From the NCBI GenBank assembly GCA_963666835.2, contig CAXXGO010000001.1:1856001-1920000 (forward strand): a DNA stretch of 64,000 bases, in the 5' to 3' direction. The stretch comes from Phycisphaerae bacterium (lineage in GTDB: Bacteria; Planctomycetota; Phycisphaerae; UBA1845). The notes under the pieces were generated by a model, which was given only the letters and a program-made list of their open reading frames with translations, was not told the origin of the DNA and did not search any database. Shown here in pieces: positions 53,694 through 63,020 of this stretch; position 1 is the first letter of the stretch, and every line of letters starts with the position of its first letter. The position numbers were made by a program, and so were the translations under genes.

Positions 53694-55457
53694 ATGTACG
53701 CCGATTTTTTCGGGTTCCGTGAACTCCCGTTCAACAACACGCCGGACCCGCGCTTCTTCTACTCGACGCCAGACCATGAGGAGGCTCTGGCGTCTCTGGT
53801 TTACGCGGTGCAGGAGCGGAAGGGCTTTGTGCTCCTTACGGGCGAGGTGGGGGCGGGGAAGACCCTGGTTTCACGGATGATGCTGCGTCATTTTGGTCAG
53901 CGTGTCGTTTTCGCCAACGTCCACCATGCCGTGCAGGGGACCGGTGACCTGATGGAGTCGCTCTGTGCCGAGTTTGAGCTGGCGGTGGAATCCGGCGCGA
54001 GCCCGACCAGGCTCGTACATGCGCTGCACGACTACCTTTTGGGACAGTTCAGCAAGGACCTGCCGGTTGTTCTGGTATTGGACGAGGCCCAGCGGCTTCC
54101 GGCCGAAGCGTTTGAACAGCTTCGGATGATCGGAAACCTCGAGGCGGACGACGCCAAGCTGCTGCAGATTGTGATTCTCGGACAGCCGGAGCTTCAGCAC
54201 CGCTTTGCGACTCCGGAGTTCCGCCAGCTTCGGCAACGCATCTTCAGGACCTTTCATCTACCGGCGCTCAGCAGAGAAGCTACCTGCGCGTATATCCGGC
54301 ACCGTTTGGGGGTGGCCGGCTCTCCGACTCTGGACATCTTTGATGAATCCGCCGTCGATCGAATCTGGGAGAAGTCTCAGGGATTGCCTCGACTGATCAA
54401 CACCATCTGCGACAACGCTTTGCTGAGCGGCTACTCGGCCGATCGCAGGCAGATCGACGGCGAGTTCGTCGATTCCGTTGTCGCGCAGATGATGACATTA
54501 GGGCCTACAGAGGGACCCGCGCCGTCGACCGGGGCCGCAGCCGCGCCGAACGGCTCCGGCACCGTTGCCGGTGGGCTGGGAACGCCCGTGACTCCGGCAT
54601 CACCCGAGTTTGTCGAGATGTTGGCGCGAAGAATGGGCGAGCTCGAGGCCCGCATGTACGGATTGCCGGTATTTGCGGGGATGGCCGGGCAGGCCGCCAA
54701 CGCGCCGAGCCCCTCGAACAACGCCAGCCGGGAAGTGGGTCAGATTCGGGATGAGCTGGCGTTCAAGTTGAACGAAGCAAACCAGCGTCTTGCCGAGCTG
54801 GACGGCAAACTCTGCAACACGCCGGTGGTTCTGGCCGAGGCCCGCGAAGTGCACGGTAAGATCGAGCCGCTGGTGCGTGATGCGAACCGATTGGTTGCCC
54901 AGACCGAAGGCGGTTATCGCGTATTGGCCCGCCAGGAGGCGCGGGTGCAGCGGATGGCGAACAAGGTCAAAGCGGTTGTTGATGAGGTGCGGGGGATCTT
55001 CGACGGTCTCAAGCAAGCTTCCATAAAGACCCGCCGGGCGGAACGCGATGCTCAGCGGATGCACGAGCGGCTAATCTCGCAAACGGAACAATCCCGGAAG
55101 ATCGCTGACGAGATCGTTCGAGCTTCCAGCCTTATCGGGTCTGCCAAACTCACCGAGGCGCCGCGGGCGATCTCCCTGAAGGAAGTGACCCGCCCGGTAG
55201 CATGTGAGCCTGAGAGTATTCGCCGCCTGTTCGCCGACAGCCACGCAAGTCTGACGGAGCTCCGTACACTCGTGCGACAGGCTACCGGCAGGCGAGCACC
55301 GGCCGCAACGTCCGCAAATGACGATCCTCTTGGGTCGGACGATTCGGGCGCCAATGATTCGGCGACGCGCCTGGCGCACCAGGTTGAGAGCTTGCTCGAT
55401 ATGGTAAGCCCGGCCGGCGCGGCGGGGTCTGCCGACGTTGAACCTGCCAATGTCTGA
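53694..55457 (+). CDS. ExeA/GspA-like AAA ATPase with a coiled-coil C-terminus
   Basis: MYADFFGFRELPFNNTPDPRFF, LTGEVGAGKT, LDEAQ, GQPEL, GLPRLIN.ICD. Confidence 0.92.
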   Translation: MYADFFGFRELPFNNTPDPRFFYSTPDHEEALASLVYAVQERKGFVLLTGEVGAGKTLVSRMMLRHFGQRVVFANVHHAVQGTGDLMESLCAEFELAVESGASPTRLVHALHDYLLGQFSKDLPVVLVLDEAQRLPAEAFEQLRMIGNLEADDAKLLQIVILGQPELQHRFATPEFRQLRQRIFRTFHLPALSREATCAYIRHRLGVAGSPTLDIFDESAVDRIWEKSQGLPRLINTICDNALLSGYSADRRQIDGEFVDSVVAQMMTLGPTEGPAPSTGAAAAPNGSGTVAGGLGTPVTPASPEFVEMLARRMGELEARMYGLPVFAGMAGQAANAPSPSNNASREVGQIRDELAFKLNEANQRLAELDGKLCNTPVVLAEAREVHGKIEPLVRDANRLVAQTEGGYRVLARQEARVQRMANKVKAVVDEVRGIFDGLKQASIKTRRAERDAQRMHERLISQTEQSRKIADEIVRASSLIGSAKLTEAPRAISLKEVTRPVACEPESIRRLFADSHASLTELRTLVRQATGRRAPAATSANDDPLGSDDSGANDSATRLAHQVESLLDMVSPAGAAGSADVEPANV

Positions 55458-55673
55458 CCCGACAGCGGTCGTTACTTCCCATAACCCCTCCTAATGTAAT
55501 GACGCCAGCGTGGCACGTTCCTAAAAAACGTCAGTCTGCGCGGCCTGGTGCCGCAAAGGCGCATGTTGGGCAAGCCGCGCGCAATTCATTCGCCCCGAAC
55601 CGCAACCCTAGCTATACTGAGATAGAGCTGCAGCATGCCGGTATAGGGGGCGACGCGCAGCAGGGGGGGGACG

Positions 55674-55958
55674 ATGACAAAGGAAGTATTCGAAGAGCAT
55701 ATTCGCAAGATAGCGGCGATGGTCGACACGCTGCCCGAGCCGCAGCGTGGGCAACTTAACGAGATGATTGAAGAGACGCGGCGGCGGTTCGCCAACATCT
55801 CGGGTTCGATGAGCCGGGCGCGCGACGCCTTGGATGATCTGCGTCTATATCAGACGTACGCGATCTTCGATGCCGAGGCGCGGCTTCGCGAGACTCAGGC
55901 GCAACGCCGGAATCTCGACGAGGGTAATTCGGCACAGGAATGGGACGCACCGGAGTAG
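55674..55958 (+). CDS. Hypothetical small helical protein
   Basis: 94-aa ORF with a G-rich RBS, followed by a terminator. Confidence 0.7.
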   Translation: MTKEVFEEHIRKIAAMVDTLPEPQRGQLNEMIEETRRRFANISGSMSRARDALDDLRLYQTYAIFDAEARLRETQAQRRNLDEGNSAQEWDAPE

Positions 55959-56012
55959 GCTCCGGCAACCGGCCCGCTCGGGTCGCAACGACATACGATC
56001 GAATCAAAGAAG

Positions 56013-56049
56013 AAGGGCTCGCGGTCATTCGGCTGCGAGCCCTTTTTCT
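56013..56049 (+). terminator. Intrinsic terminator
   Basis: AAGGGCTCGCGGTC-ATTC-GGCTGCGAGCCCTT followed by TTTCT. Confidence 0.8.
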
Positions 56050-56127
56050 GCGCGCCGGACATGGAATGGACTTGGTCTTCAGCCGAATCTGATCACCTCC
56101 GACCAGAGGTATCTTTCGAGCTAGGGC

Positions 56128-56494
56128 GGGTGGCCATCTCTTCAGACGTAGCGTACTCGGAGCACCCGGTGGGTGGCCCATCTCTTTAGAGGTGGCGTAC
56201 TGAGAACCGGATGGGTGGCCCACCTCCTCAGAGGTGGGGGACTCGAACCGTTGAGTGCTTGACACGAACCGTTCGATGCTTGGCATCCCCCACGGCTAAA
56301 GCCATGGGGCACCCGGCTTTCGAGCGCGGACGTCGAGAGTGCATTGCGTTATAGCGCCAGGATGGCGTAAGATGCTTGAGCCGGTCAAGGATCGGAAGAA
56401 TGGCAGGTCCGGCGCGTGGTGGGTGGCCCACCTCTTTAGGGGTGGGGGACTCGAACGGTTCGAGGCTTGGTATGCCCCACGGTGAAAGCCATGG
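56128..56494. repeat. Cluster of REP/REPIN-like palindromic units
   Basis: GGGTGGCCCAYCTCTTTAGAGGTGG-type units at about 56128, 56171, 56213 and 56421. Partner palindrome CCCCACGGCTRAAGCCATGGGGCACCC at about 56288-56314, with a degenerate copy at about 56475. Confidence 0.85.
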
Positions 56495-56513
56495 AATACG
56501 CGGTGAGCCGTTC

Positions 56514-56882
56514 ATGGGGATCCTACTGATTGTCACGAGAGGACGAGGTCTTGCAGCATCGGGGCAGGGGATTGCGCGGGAGGAATGGCTGCAGCTTGTT
56601 GAGGAGGACTCCACGCTGAGATTGAGGAGCGAACCGTTCTCTGCTCTCGATCCCGAAACCGGAGAGACGATTCTGGTTCCTTCGGGGGATGCTCAGGCCG
56701 AATTCAAGAATGATGGTGGGTCCGTGCCGTTCCTGGCGTATAGGCGGGGCGAGTTGGTTATGAACTATGCCTCTAAGTTCGAGGACCCGGATGATCCCGT
56801 GCGGATCAAGATTGCGGAGATTGCCGAGCGACTGTGCGCCGTGATTACCCATGACGCCGGTGATGAGATTCTCGAATGGTAG
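56514..56882 (+). CDS. Hypothetical protein embedded between REPIN-like elements
   Basis: 122-aa acidic ORF (IVTR...IAREEWLQLVEED...IAERLCA...DAGDE). Confidence 0.7.
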   Translation: MGILLIVTRGRGLAASGQGIAREEWLQLVEEDSTLRLRSEPFSALDPETGETILVPSGDAQAEFKNDGGSVPFLAYRRGELVMNYASKFEDPDDPVRIKIAEIAERLCAVITHDAGDEILEW

Positions 56883-56912
56883 AAGGCGGGGGGCTTCTTA
56901 GATGTGGGCGGT

Positions 56913-57028
56913 GGGTGGCCCGTCTCTTTAGAGGTGGCGTACTCGAACCGTTGGATGCTTGGCATCCCCCACGGCTGAAGCCATGGGGCACCCGTTATTG
57001 GGTACCTGGCCTGAAGCCATGGGGCATC
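56913..57028. repeat. REPIN-like element plus a partial extra unit
   Basis: GGGTGGCCCGTCTCTTTAGAGGTGG...CCCCACGGCTGAAGCCATGGGGCACCC (56913-56993), then CTGAAGCCATGGGGCATCC. Confidence 0.85.
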
Positions 57029-57065
57029 CGGCCGCTCGGCAATCCGAACATGGATGGAATATGGA

Positions 57066-57953
57066 ATGAGCAAAGCGCGAATCGGTATCATCGGCGGAAC
57101 GGGGCTTGGGGACATGCTGCAGAAGGAGGCCGGCGGGCATGCCGTCGACGTGACGACGCCGTTCGGTGCGCCGAGCGCAGCGCCGATCCTGGCCAACTGG
57201 GAAGGGGTCGAAGTTGCCTTCCTCTCGCGTCACGGAGAGGGGCATCTGCTCAATCCGTCCAGTGTGCCATATCGAGCCAATATCTGGGCTCTCAAGGAAC
57301 TGGGGGTCTCCGCCCTTATCGCCAGCGGGGCGACCGGCAGTTTGCGTGAAGAAATCGCCCCGGGAGATCTCGTGCTTTGCGATCAGGTGATTGACAAGAC
57401 GTTTCGGCGCCCCGGTACCTTCTTCGATGAGGGGCTGGTTGCTCATGTGGAGTTCGCCGATCCGTTTTGCCCGCGACTTCGCGAGCTTCTGATCGACGCC
57501 GGTACGCGAGTCGACACCGTGGTCCATCCGTCGGGAACGTACGTCTGTATGGAAGGCCCGCAGTTCTCCACGCGGGCCGAATCGAACATGCATCGGCAAT
57601 GGGGCGGTGATCTGATCGGCATGACGTGCATGCCCGAAGCCAAGCTGGCGCGGGAGGCGGAGATCTGCTACGCGCTGGTGGCTTTGCCTACCGACTACGA
57701 TTGCTGGCGACCCGCGGACCCTGCGCGCGGACAAGATGAGCTTCTGCGAGAGATTCTCGGCAACTTGCGGCACGCTACGAACACCGCCCTGAAGCTCGTC
57801 AGAGAGGCCGTGAGGATCATCGGGACCGATCGTAGAGGTTGCCGTTGTGGCCAGGCCCTCCGGTTGGCGCTCTGGTCGGACAAGGGACGCGTTGACGCTG
57901 CCACGGCGGAGAGACTCCACTTATTGATTGGCCGCCATCTGACCGATCAATGA
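57066..57953 (+). CDS. mtnP: S-methyl-5'-thioadenosine phosphorylase
   Basis: IGIIGGTG, TPFG, RHG..H, YRANIWAL, EGPQFSTRAES, GMT..PEAKLAREA, TDYDCW. Confidence 0.96.
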   Translation: MSKARIGIIGGTGLGDMLQKEAGGHAVDVTTPFGAPSAAPILANWEGVEVAFLSRHGEGHLLNPSSVPYRANIWALKELGVSALIASGATGSLREEIAPGDLVLCDQVIDKTFRRPGTFFDEGLVAHVEFADPFCPRLRELLIDAGTRVDTVVHPSGTYVCMEGPQFSTRAESNMHRQWGGDLIGMTCMPEAKLAREAEICYALVALPTDYDCWRPADPARGQDELLREILGNLRHATNTALKLVREAVRIIGTDRRGCRCGQALRLALWSDKGRVDAATAERLHLLIGRHLTDQ

Positions 57954-57957
57954 CAAG

Positions 57958-60900
57958 GTGGATTCCGGTGACTGGTTGACGAGGTCTCTGATGATTAGAC
58001 GGCGCCGTCTGTTGTCTGTCATATCCGTCGGGTTACTCTGCGGTTGGGGTGAGAACTGGGGCTCGACCTGCGCCGCCTATGGTGAAGAACCGGCGGAGTC
58101 GGCGCGGGCCGTCTACCTCGATGACAGTTTCGAGGCGACGGATGCCCTCGCTAAGGGACGGCGGTTGGCTCAAGCCGGGAAGTGGTCCGAGGCGGCTGAG
58201 CTTCTCCAACGGCTGGCGGAGACGCAAGGTGATAAGCTTATTCGCGTCTCAAAAGACTACTACGTCGGTCTGCGCGGGCATGTGAACGGGGTAATCGCGG
58301 GATGGCCCGAAGCCGGCATCGCCGCCTATCGAGTGCTCTACGAGCACGATCTGGCGCGCGCTCTCGCAACGGCCTCGAAGTCGCGTTCGGTAGATGAGTT
58401 CCTGGGGCTCTTCGACCGGTACTTTTGCGCGGCGGGTGCGGCGGATCTGGCCGACGCGATCGGCCAGCTTGCCATAGAGTCCGGCGACTTCGCCCTGGCC
58501 GAGCGCGTCTATCGACGCGTATTGGATACCCATCCGGATTCCGATCTTCACGCTGACCGGTATTGTGGGTTGCTCGCTCTGACCCGCGTTTTGCGCGGCG
58601 CAAGCCCGGCAGATATATCCGGCGCGGAAGCGGCGCTGAGCATTCGATGGATGGGGGAGGATCTTCCGGTTGGGGACGTGGCCGCTCGGATCTCGACGGA
58701 GTTTTCGGGTTTGCTCGGCCGTTCGCGGCCCGACGATTGGCCGATGTTCGGTGGCGATGAGGGGCGGAATCGTCCCGCGCCGACGAGCGTGGATGAACTT
58801 GGGGTGCTCTGGCGTTTCGCGCCTTCTTCGGGACAACCGTCTGGCTCGGAAGATGTTGGGCGTCCGCAGCGTAAGACTCGGGAGCGTCCCGCACGTTACT
58901 CGGTGTTCCCCGTGGTTGCTGAGGATGTCGTCTACGTACAGCGCGGACGGGAGATTGTCGCATTGCGCCGTGGGACCGGGAATGTCATCTGGCGATACCA
59001 CGCAGATGCGGATGAACTGGGCGGGCTGGCGGGCGTTGACGCTTATGCCGGCGGCTGGGACTCGGTTACCGTTGACGACGGCCGGGTCTTTGCGTCGTTC
59101 CGGGGCGATCCCGCGGACTTCTACGAATACGACGGCGCGATCGCTCCGTCGCTGCTCACCAGTCTGGATGCCGGTACCGGTGAGCTGATCTGGCCGAAGA
59201 ACCGGGACGCCTTTGTCGAGCAGTTCAGCGATGTGACGTTTGATTCGACGCCGCTTGTTCGGCGCGGGCGCGTCTACGTAGTCGGCAGGCGTCGCCGTTC
59301 GTTCGGGTTTGAAGACTGTTACCTATACCGCTTCAACGCCGCTGACGGCACGGTGGTATTCAAGACACATCTGGGCAGCGCCTCCACAGGGTCGTTTGAC
59401 TCGCAGCACCTTACGAATGCGGCGGTTGCTTGCGGGGGGGATACGATTTACGTCGGCACGAACCTGGGTGCGGTAGCGGCCGTGTCGGCCCACAGCGGGG
59501 CTGTGCGCTGGCTGCGCACGTACGAGCGTGATCTCGGCGAAGAGCTGCGCGACCTCGGTTTCGGCGGCAAGCGGGTGTATCCGTGGGCGGTTAACCCGGT
59601 TTTCTGGGCGGGCGGGCGCCTGGTCTGCCTGCCGACGGACGCTTGCGCTGTAATGGTGCTGGCGGCGGATGACGGGCGGACCCTTCACTCGATTCCAGTG
59701 GCAGACCTGGGCGACGTGGCGACGTTGTTGGGAGTGTCGGGAGACTTGGTGTGCGGAGTCGGCTTGGAACTGGTGACGTGTATCGACCTTGCCGCGGATG
59801 CTCCGCGGTGGTCCGCCCATCTGCCGGTGGGCGCTCGAGTGCTGGGACGGGGAGTATGGGCTGACGAGCACCTCCTCGTTCCGACGAGTGACGGGCTGTG
59901 CAGTTTCCGGTTGACTGATGGTGACCGCGAGGATCTGCCGTGGGATTCCGGTGGGCATCCGGGGAATCTGCTCGCCCTGTCAGATCAGTTGCTCGTGGCC
60001 GGGACCGACACCGTCTCTCTGTACATTCGCAAAGCGGAGCTGTGGGGGGGGCTGCGTTCACGAATGGCGGCGGCGCCGACGGACCCGCTGCCGGCGTTGG
60101 AGCTGGCGGAAGTGGCATTGAGGGGCGGGGAGACGGATGAAGCCGTATCGATGTTGAAAGAGGCCGTTCAGCGGGCGGGCGGGTTCGTGCAGCCGCTGGA
60201 GACTTCACTCCGGCGACGGTTCCTTGACGATCTGGTGATGTTCGTTGAGGTGCTCTCCTCGCGTTCGACTCTCAACGATGATCTGCTCGACGAATTGCGG
60301 ACCTACGCCTCGTTGTGTGCGTCGGACCCGTCCGATCAAGTGACGTTCCGCCTGCGGTTCGGGAGTTTCTACGAAGGGCAAGGCCGCTTTGATCAAGCCG
60401 TACAGTTGTACCAGCAGATTCTGCGTGACCGCTCCTTGCGCGAGTATCGAGTCTCCGGTGCGGTCTTGGGGGGAGACACTGCCGGTGCCGTTGCAGAGAC
60501 ACGGATTGCCCGAACGATAGAATGCGCCGGCCCTCAACCGTATGCCCCCTTCGAGGCGGAGGCCCAACGTTGGCTCGCGGCCGCCCGCCGAACCGGCGAC
60601 GGTCGCCGGCTGGAACGCTTGGTGACTACTTTCCCAAACAGTACGGTGGCTGCCGAGGCGCTGTTGGCTTGGGCCGATTCGCTGGCGAGCAGTGGTCGAG
60701 CGGAAGAGGCCGCTGCGCAGTTGGTTCGAGCGTACCAGCGATACCCACAACGGGTGGATCGGCCGAGACTAATCCGCCGGATTGCAGACACCTACGAACA
60801 GGCCGGGCGAACGGATTATGCCTATCTCTGGCTCAGCAAAGGAGCCGGGGACTTTCCGGGTGTCAAACTGGAGGATCGCGGACAACGGTTGAGCTTTGCG

Positions 60901-62163
60901 GAGTATCGCGATCGCCTGACCGGTGCGGTTGCCGGCCTGGAACCTTCACGTCCTCTTCTACGTCTGCCGCTGAAGCAGAGGTTCACGCGTAAGTACGACA
61001 ACCCGATGGCACTGCTAGTGCCGTGGTTCGGAGATGAACCGGGCGCGGATTGGTCGCGCTATTATGTTTCTACCCCTGAAGGTGTTCGGGCTTTTGCGGC
61101 GGGGGGTGATCGGGAGATCTGGAATGCGCCGGCGGCGGTGCGGCTTGGTCCGGAACTGCTTTTTGCCTCGAAGGATGTAGCGGTGCTGGCTACCGAGTAC
61201 ACCGTGTTCGGGTTGGATCCCGCCACTGGGCAACGCCTTTGGACACAAGGGGAGTATCCGGCGCGCTTCGGCATGCCGGATACCGACTGGGAGGACGAAA
61301 GGGGGTTTCGAACGCATGTGATCGGGGCGGGGCGGCTGCTTAGTCTTCGTGAAGACGGCGCTATGATCTGTGTTGCGCTTGATACCGGCGCACAACTCTG
61401 GTCCAGGAGCCCGGATCGGGTAGCGGTGGACGGACTGCGGATCACTCGTGACTGGGCCATCTGCCAGAGCCCTCGTGAAACCGGGGCGCTGGTCAGCACG
61501 TTTGATGCAGCGACCGGGGAGCCCGGTAGCCGAATCCCGACTGCGGAGACGGGCGCGATCGATGACTTGATCTTGACACTGGACGGCCGGTTGATTGTCG
61601 TGGCGGCGCAGTCGATCTCCTCCTACGATGTCGACACCGCGTCGCGGCGGTGGCACGTGACTTTGGACGCTGCGCTCCAGGCAACGTCGCTTCATGTCGG
61701 TCTCGACGCCGTGTACTACTCTGACGACGGGCGGACCGTCTGCAAACTGAGCCTCGAAGATGGGCGGCGTTTGTGGACGTCCGAAGAGGTCGGTAGAGGC
61801 AGTGATAGCGGACTCGCCGTGTGGTGGCAGGCCGGTAAGCTCCTGGTGGGCACCAGTTCCGGGGTGGCGGCGTTGGAGGATCTGACCGGAATGTTGCTCT
61901 GGCGAGAGACCCTGCCGCGGTTCCCGCAGGTAGCGGGTCGGGCAATCACTCAAACGAATGTGGTCCTGGTGGATCTGGGCCATGAACTGCCCGGCACCGG
62001 CGCAGTTGCGTATTTCTTCGACCACCGTTCGAGCAAGGGCCGACTGTCCGCGGAGGAGGATACGCTCAATCTGGGGCCGCTGGACGATGTTCGGTCCGTG
62101 CTGATCGTAGATGACACCCTGTTGATCCAGAACGGCTCAACGGTATGCGGGTGGGCCCCGTAG
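57958..62163 (+). CDS. Large exported protein with PQQ-like beta-propeller repeats and TPR-like helices
   Basis: DWPMFGG...RN, many (L)DxxTGxxxW blades in two blocks separated by TPR-like helices (AVQLYQQIL, FPNS..A.EA). Confidence 0.85.
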   Translation: MDSGDWLTRSLMIRRRRLLSVISVGLLCGWGENWGSTCAAYGEEPAESARAVYLDDSFEATDALAKGRRLAQAGKWSEAAELLQRLAETQGDKLIRVSKDYYVGLRGHVNGVIAGWPEAGIAAYRVLYEHDLARALATASKSRSVDEFLGLFDRYFCAAGAADLADAIGQLAIESGDFALAERVYRRVLDTHPDSDLHADRYCGLLALTRVLRGASPADISGAEAALSIRWMGEDLPVGDVAARISTEFSGLLGRSRPDDWPMFGGDEGRNRPAPTSVDELGVLWRFAPSSGQPSGSEDVGRPQRKTRERPARYSVFPVVAEDVVYVQRGREIVALRRGTGNVIWRYHADADELGGLAGVDAYAGGWDSVTVDDGRVFASFRGDPADFYEYDGAIAPSLLTSLDAGTGELIWPKNRDAFVEQFSDVTFDSTPLVRRGRVYVVGRRRRSFGFEDCYLYRFNAADGTVVFKTHLGSASTGSFDSQHLTNAAVACGGDTIYVGTNLGAVAAVSAHSGAVRWLRTYERDLGEELRDLGFGGKRVYPWAVNPVFWAGGRLVCLPTDACAVMVLAADDGRTLHSIPVADLGDVATLLGVSGDLVCGVGLELVTCIDLAADAPRWSAHLPVGARVLGRGVWADEHLLVPTSDGLCSFRLTDGDREDLPWDSGGHPGNLLALSDQLLVAGTDTVSLYIRKAELWGGLRSRMAAAPTDPLPALELAEVALRGGETDEAVSMLKEAVQRAGGFVQPLETSLRRRFLDDLVMFVEVLSSRSTLNDDLLDELRTYASLCASDPSDQVTFRLRFGSFYEGQGRFDQAVQLYQQILRDRSLREYRVSGAVLGGDTAGAVAETRIARTIECAGPQPYAPFEAEAQRWLAAARRTGDGRRLERLVTTFPNSTVAAEALLAWADSLASSGRAEEAAAQLVRAYQRYPQRVDRPRLIRRIADTYEQAGRTDYAYLWLSKGAGDFPGVKLEDRGQRLSFAEYRDRLTGAVAGLEPSRPLLRLPLKQRFTRKYDNPMALLVPWFGDEPGADWSRYYVSTPEGVRAFAAGGDREIWNAPAAVRLGPELLFASKDVAVLATEYTVFGLDPATGQRLWTQGEYPARFGMPDTDWEDERGFRTHVIGAGRLLSLREDGAMICVALDTGAQLWSRSPDRVAVDGLRITRDWAICQSPRETGALVSTFDAATGEPGSRIPTAETGAIDDLILTLDGRLIVVAAQSISSYDVDTASRRWHVTLDAALQATSLHVGLDAVYYSDDGRTVCKLSLEDGRRLWTSEEVGRGSDSGLAVWWQAGKLLVGTSSGVAALEDLTGMLLWRETLPRFPQVAGRAITQTNVVLVDLGHELPGTGAVAYFFDHRSSKGRLSAEEDTLNLGPLDDVRSVLIVDDTLLIQNGSTVCGWAP

Positions 62164-62177
62164 CGACCGGGTTGCGG

Positions 62178-62999
62178 TCAGATCGCCGGCTGGCAACGCG
62201 GGCAGATGAACGTTGATCGTCCGGCGGCACTCAGACGCTCGATCGGTGTGCCACAGGTCTGACAGGGCGCGCCGTCGCGTTGATAAACGCGCAGGTGCTC
62301 GAGGAACATCCCCGTGCTCCCGTCCGCGCGCCGGTAGCTCATGAACGTGGTTCCCTTGAATCTGATCGCTTTTCGAAGCGTGGTCTTGATGGCCCGAAGC
62401 AACGTGCGGGCCTCATCCTGGTCGAGCATGTCGGCGCGGGTCAGCGGGTGGATTCCCGCGGCGTGCAGCGACTCATCGACGTAGATATTGCCCAGCCCGG
62501 CGATCGTGCGTTGGTCCAGCAAGAGCGCCTTGACCTGACGCGACCGGTTCAGTAGATCGGCGAAGCGTCGCGTCGTAAGCGCGAGAGGCTCGGGGCCGAG
62601 CTCACTGAGGCGCCGCCCTCGGCTCTTGCCATCGGGGGTGAAACACCAGACGCCGCCGAAGCGGCGCGGGTCGCGGAAGCGCAACTCCGCTCCCGTCTCC
62701 CGCAGCCCAAGGCGCACATGGGTGTGCTTAGGTGCGGGTTCTTCAGCCTTAGCTAAGTCCAGCCGGCCGCTCATGCCCAGATGAAAGACCAGTTCTGCGG
62801 GCGGATTCAGGTCGAGAATAATCCGCTTAGCTCGTCGCCGGATCCGCTCGATCTTGCGGCCGGGCACGATTCGGCCCAGCGGCCGGGGATCACCGTGGAT
62901 GATGTCCCGGCGGCTCACGCGAACCGCGTCGATGGTCTGTCCGGCGACCTCGCGGGCCAGCTCTCGCACTATGGTCTCGACTTCCGGTAGTTCCGGCAT
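62178..62999 (-). CDS. mutM: Formamidopyrimidine-DNA glycosylase
   Basis: MPELPEVET, HLGMSG, DPRRFG, LGPEP, GLGNIY.DE, zinc finger CQTC..CPRCQ. Confidence 0.98.
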   Translation of the reverse strand: MPELPEVETIVRELAREVAGQTIDAVRVSRRDIIHGDPRPLGRIVPGRKIERIRRRAKRIILDLNPPAELVFHLGMSGRLDLAKAEEPAPKHTHVRLGLRETGAELRFRDPRRFGGVWCFTPDGKSRGRRLSELGPEPLALTTRRFADLLNRSRQVKALLLDQRTIAGLGNIYVDESLHAAGIHPLTRADMLDQDEARTLLRAIKTTLRKAIRFKGTTFMSYRRADGSTGMFLEHLRVYQRDGAPCQTCGTPIERLSAAGRSTFICPRCQPAI

Positions 63000-63020
63000 A
63001 TCAGCACTTCGCAACCCGAC

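Noticed and set aside
55511..55527. Sigma54 promoter (TGGCACG)
   Set aside because: The -12 TTGC element is absent.
56128..56260. Possible CRISPR array (three ~42-bp periodic units)
   Set aside because: The units are degenerate, the intervening parts resemble each other instead of being unique spacers, and no cas genes are present.
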